NCBI RefSeq assembly: GCF_000315625.1
Contig: NW_005434668.1
Coordinates: 4,852 to 68,851, forward strand
Direction: 5' to 3'
DNA length: 64,000 nucleotides
DNA from: Guillardia theta CCMP2712
Lineage: Eukaryota; Protista; Cryptophyta
Position numbers and translations under genes: made by a program. Shown here piece by piece: positions 60,609 to 64,000 of the stretch. Every line of letters starts with the position of its first letter. Position 1 is the first letter of the stretch. Below the pieces are notes generated by a model. That model was given only the letters and a program-made list of their open reading frames with translations. It ran no database searches and was not told the DNA's origin.

Positions 60609-63600
60609 TCAGGTGGATGACACGAGTGAGTCGTTCACATCCATGCGGCTGTACCCTCCTCGTGCTCGTCTGCCTCCTAGGTCAGCATCGAGATCATGGA
60701 CAGTAGGGGAGGTGACCTGACTCGCCGTGCTCCTCGTTGGTGTGCCCGTGAGTCTCCTTGGCGCAGCTGGAGCATACTCAGTTGATGACGTGTCAGGGGA
60801 AGAGCAAACCTCTCGTCCTCCCACGCGTCCTCCCACGAGCCCTCCGGTCCAGCACACCTCTGCCAGCATCTTGAGCGCTGCAGAAGGAGATGCGGGCTCA
60901 CCTCAGATCCGTCGTTCTCTTCGATCGGCTGGAGTGAGGACCTGGTGGTCTGCACGTGCTGCGTTGCTGCCTGCTTGGAGGACTTGCGACGTCCTGAGTC
61001 TGATGAGAATCAGAGATGTCACTCCACGAGCATGGAGAAGCGAGAACGAGAAGAGATGAGAGGAGGAGTTGGAGAAGGACTGAGGAGGAGGAGAAAGGAG
61101 GAGGAGGAGGAGGAGGAGGAGGAAGTACGAGGAGGAGGTGGACGAGGAGGAGGAGGAGGAAGTACGAGGAGGAGGTGGACGAGGAGGAGGAGGAGGAAGT
61201 ACGAGGAGGAGGTGGTGGACAGGACGAGGCAAGGAGACAAGATTAGAAGCCGAGGATTACCTCTTGAGCATGTTTTTGAAGCGGTTCCCTTCCTATCGCT
61301 GGCGCAGCTCTGCCCATGCAGACCGAGCGCATCATCTGCCCTCTCCCCACCTCCCTCCTCCTCTCCCTCCCGGCTGGTTGGATGCTTCTTCAACCAGTTC
61401 TCGACCAGCGGCTCAGAGGCCTTGCCACCTCTTGTCACAGCGTGGACCCTCCCGAGCTGCAGGCTGACGGCTCGTTCCTTGACCCTTGCGCTTGTCCTCG
61501 TCCTCTTGGGCTGAGAGCATTGGCTAGGATTGACAGGTCGGCGAATGAGGAGGACGAACGACCCGTTGGCCTGTGAGTCTCGGAGGATGAGGTTGATGGA
61601 GGCGTGCAAGACCGAAGCCGACTCGAGGCTCTCAATGGCGTCAGCAGGGAGGAGGCGGAAGATGCCTTCAAAGTGAACGACGACGAGATCCCTGGAGTTC
61701 CGGCGGATGTCAATGTAGTGCTGGTCCTCAGTCTGCATTACGATGACTGGATTCTCCTCCGACTCGACGTGGCGAATGACTCGCTCATAGACGGCGATGC
61801 CGAGGTTCTGGTTGGCGATACGCGAGATCAGGCTCGCCAGCTCCTCCTCTCCCGACGAGAGCTGAAGAATCTGCTCGTACGCCAGCCGAGCCCTGTGCTC
61901 CCGGAGGTCGACGTTGGTGATACCTGACTTGGCTGCTGCCCGTTGGAAGTTTTCGAGGGAGGGAAGAGCTTTTCCTTCGATCCTGATCAGGTTCCCGTTC
62001 ACGTCCCGAAAGAATTGTTTGTTCATGATTAGCTCAGGCTTCTTGCGGATGGCGCTGAGGACCATGCTGGTTGCACACAAGGAGCCAGGGACGCAAAAGT
62101 TCTTGTCAAAGTTTGCCAGCCATTCCTTGAGATCTCCTTCCTCCCTCATCTCCTCCTCCTCTCCCCTCGCTCTGCTGTACACCGAGTTCCAGTCCACAGG
62201 TCGAGCACTGGCGGCGCGTTGGAATACTTTTCGAAGCCGGTTGATGTCGGAATCACTGACTTCCTTCTCCTCCTTGTGCACGGATTTGCCTTGGGCAGGT
62301 TGCTCGATGAAGTTCATCGACTTGGCGCGATCTGTCAGAGCAGGAGCCGACTTCCCTTGCGAGTAGCGCAATGCCTTGGGAGGTGAAAGGTGGGACATGG
62401 AGCTAGGGCGAGGACCAGGTTGAATCCAGGGCCTCCTGAGAACAACAAGCTTAACATCCATTCCCGGTTTCACCCACGACCTGATCGAGGTTATGGGTAC
62501 CGTCAAACTTTGTTCAGAGGCTCCCTGTCAGACTTGTCAACGCATCTTGACCCACCACACATCACACGCGCATCACCTTCTTCAAGAACGCCAGCACAAC
62601 TTTCGTGCCAGGAGTGCCAATGATGTAATCTTCCATGTCTTTGATAGTTTTCCCCTTGCTCAGAACCCCGTCAACGCTGTGCAAGATGTCGCCCGTCCGG
62701 ATCTTTCCTGACACCAGCGAGGGACTGCCAGGCTCGAGGAAGCGAACTTTGATCAGACCGTCGTCATCCTGCTCGAGCTGCAAACCAACACCGATAGTAG
62801 GGTACAAGGAGTCAAAATCCGGCAATTGTGCGATCCTCTTTCGATCCTGTACGCTGCTCCAACGCATCCACAGCAGCAGGGCAAAGCCGAGGGTCATCCA
62901 TACAGCGAGCATCGCCACAGCTACTTCAGGGTCTGGGCCGTCTGATTGATTGTGTATGGAACGACCTTGCAAGATCTTTTGACGGAGCTCTGCCTTCCTG
63001 CGTTGAACTGCACGATAAAGTTGAGAGATTTTCTCAGCTGCTGAAAAGTTCTGTATCTCAATACGCGCTGTCTGCAAGAGAGAAGACGCGATGTTTGCCA
63101 TCGGCTCGAGTCTGTATTTCTGAATTTTGGAGAAGTCGTTTGTGACAACCGTGTAAATGAGGTCATGAGAACATTTCAACCCGATCTTGACGAAAAACCG
63201 TGCGGTCCGGTACGACTCAATATCTTCAAGGAGTTCAAGGAGTTGTTTGAAAGCTAGTTCAATCGCCTGAGTGTACAGCAGACTCTGCCCACCATTGAAT
63301 GAGGATTGACTAGCAGAAGCGTTCGTTGAAGCGTTGGATTCCTTCTTGGGGAATTCTACCACTCGTACCTCTGGGAATTGAGAGCCGACCGAGGCTGACT
63401 TGCTGACTTTGACCTTCTTACCAGCAACCCCGACGTTTGTTCCTGATCCGTGACGTGTTGCGGAAGGTTTCTCGTGCAGAGTTCGAATTTCCTGTTCCCT
63501 CGCCGATGACCCTGGGCTAGGTGTATACCCTCCAGTGGGAATATCACCATGGTACTCATTCTGGATTTCATTCTCCTGGATCAGCAGGCTCTGAAGCTCT

Positions 63601-63752
63601 CTTTCAAGATCTCTCAGCTTGCTGTCGTCTAAGGAGTCCAAGTCGAGAAACTGGTCCTCCTCGACCTTGTCCTTGCCGTATGCCACAATGCACGGAGTAA
63701 TTATCACACAGAAGATACACAAAGAGATCAGCGCTGCTTGTGGCGCTCTCAT
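60609..63752 (-). CDS. Type I membrane protein: signal peptide, helical ectodomain, TM helix, PDZ domain, uncharacterised C-terminal domain
   Basis: MRAPQAALISLCIFCVIITPCIVAYG; TM VAVAMLAVWMTLGFALLLWM; PDZ GVGLQL...PGSPS...IRTGDILHSVDG...GTPGTKVVL; phase-0 intron into ORF 61019-62506. The 3' end is tentative. Confidence 0.75.
61107..61220 (+). repeat. About 37-bp purine-rich minisatellite, three copies, intronic
   Basis: (gag)n-gaagtacgaggaggaggtggac repeated three times. Confidence 0.85.
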
Positions 63753-64000
63753 GTTAAGAAGGAGCAGAAGATCAGAAGCTTTCTCTTGTCAACAACCAGT
63801 CGAGGTAGCAAGCCAGGTAGGTTTGAATCTAGCTACCATTCTAACTCCAGCATGAGGCTCCACATGGTAGTCTTACAGTCTCCTTCCCTTCCACTCCCCT
63901 CCCTTCCGGGACATTCTCCTCCAGATACTGCTCGTGTTCTTCCTCATTTCCCCCTTCCTTCACCAATCCTCTTCATCCTCCATACCTCCATCCTCCTTCT

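Overview
Gene-dense eukaryotic nuclear DNA with many short (about 40-80 nt) spliceosomal introns, mostly GT-AG and some GC-AG, plus larger introns filled with purine/pyrimidine microsatellites. The style (intron size, bipartite presequences with an LRLxGG motif, flagellar DRC3, TTTAGGG-type words) suggests a cryptophyte such as Guillardia theta; this is an inference. About 18 protein genes were reconstructed by eye: Cdc14-like phosphatase, TPR/2OG-oxygenase-like protein, an 83-aa four-exon orphan, LMBR1/LIMR, EF-hand protein, PP2C, DRC3, a roughly 19.5-kb giant secreted mosaic gene, a presequence-bearing hypothetical, Tim17/22/23, presequence-bearing RAD23, UBA1, NEK-like kinase with SH3b-like repeats, a possible cullin-repeat-like hypothetical, a TRAF1/MUSE-like MATH protein fused to a PUS1-like domain, RPL38, a PB1-UBA protein and a TM-PDZ protein. 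Highlights: (1) the giant protein has two RCC1 propellers, each interrupted at the same point by repeats resembling viral penton insertion domains, plus phage-like GGSGY repeats and an FN2 domain; (2) a MATH/TRAF adaptor is fused to an apparently dead pseudouridine synthase; (3) a dyad-symmetric 30-bp motif occurs five times, always upstream of and co-oriented with a gene; (4) three apparent pseudoenzymes; (5) a local concentration of ubiquitin/proteostasis genes. No transposase, CRISPR array, tRNA or rRNA was recognised. All domain calls are motif recognition by eye, not database results, and gene boundaries are approximate where stated.
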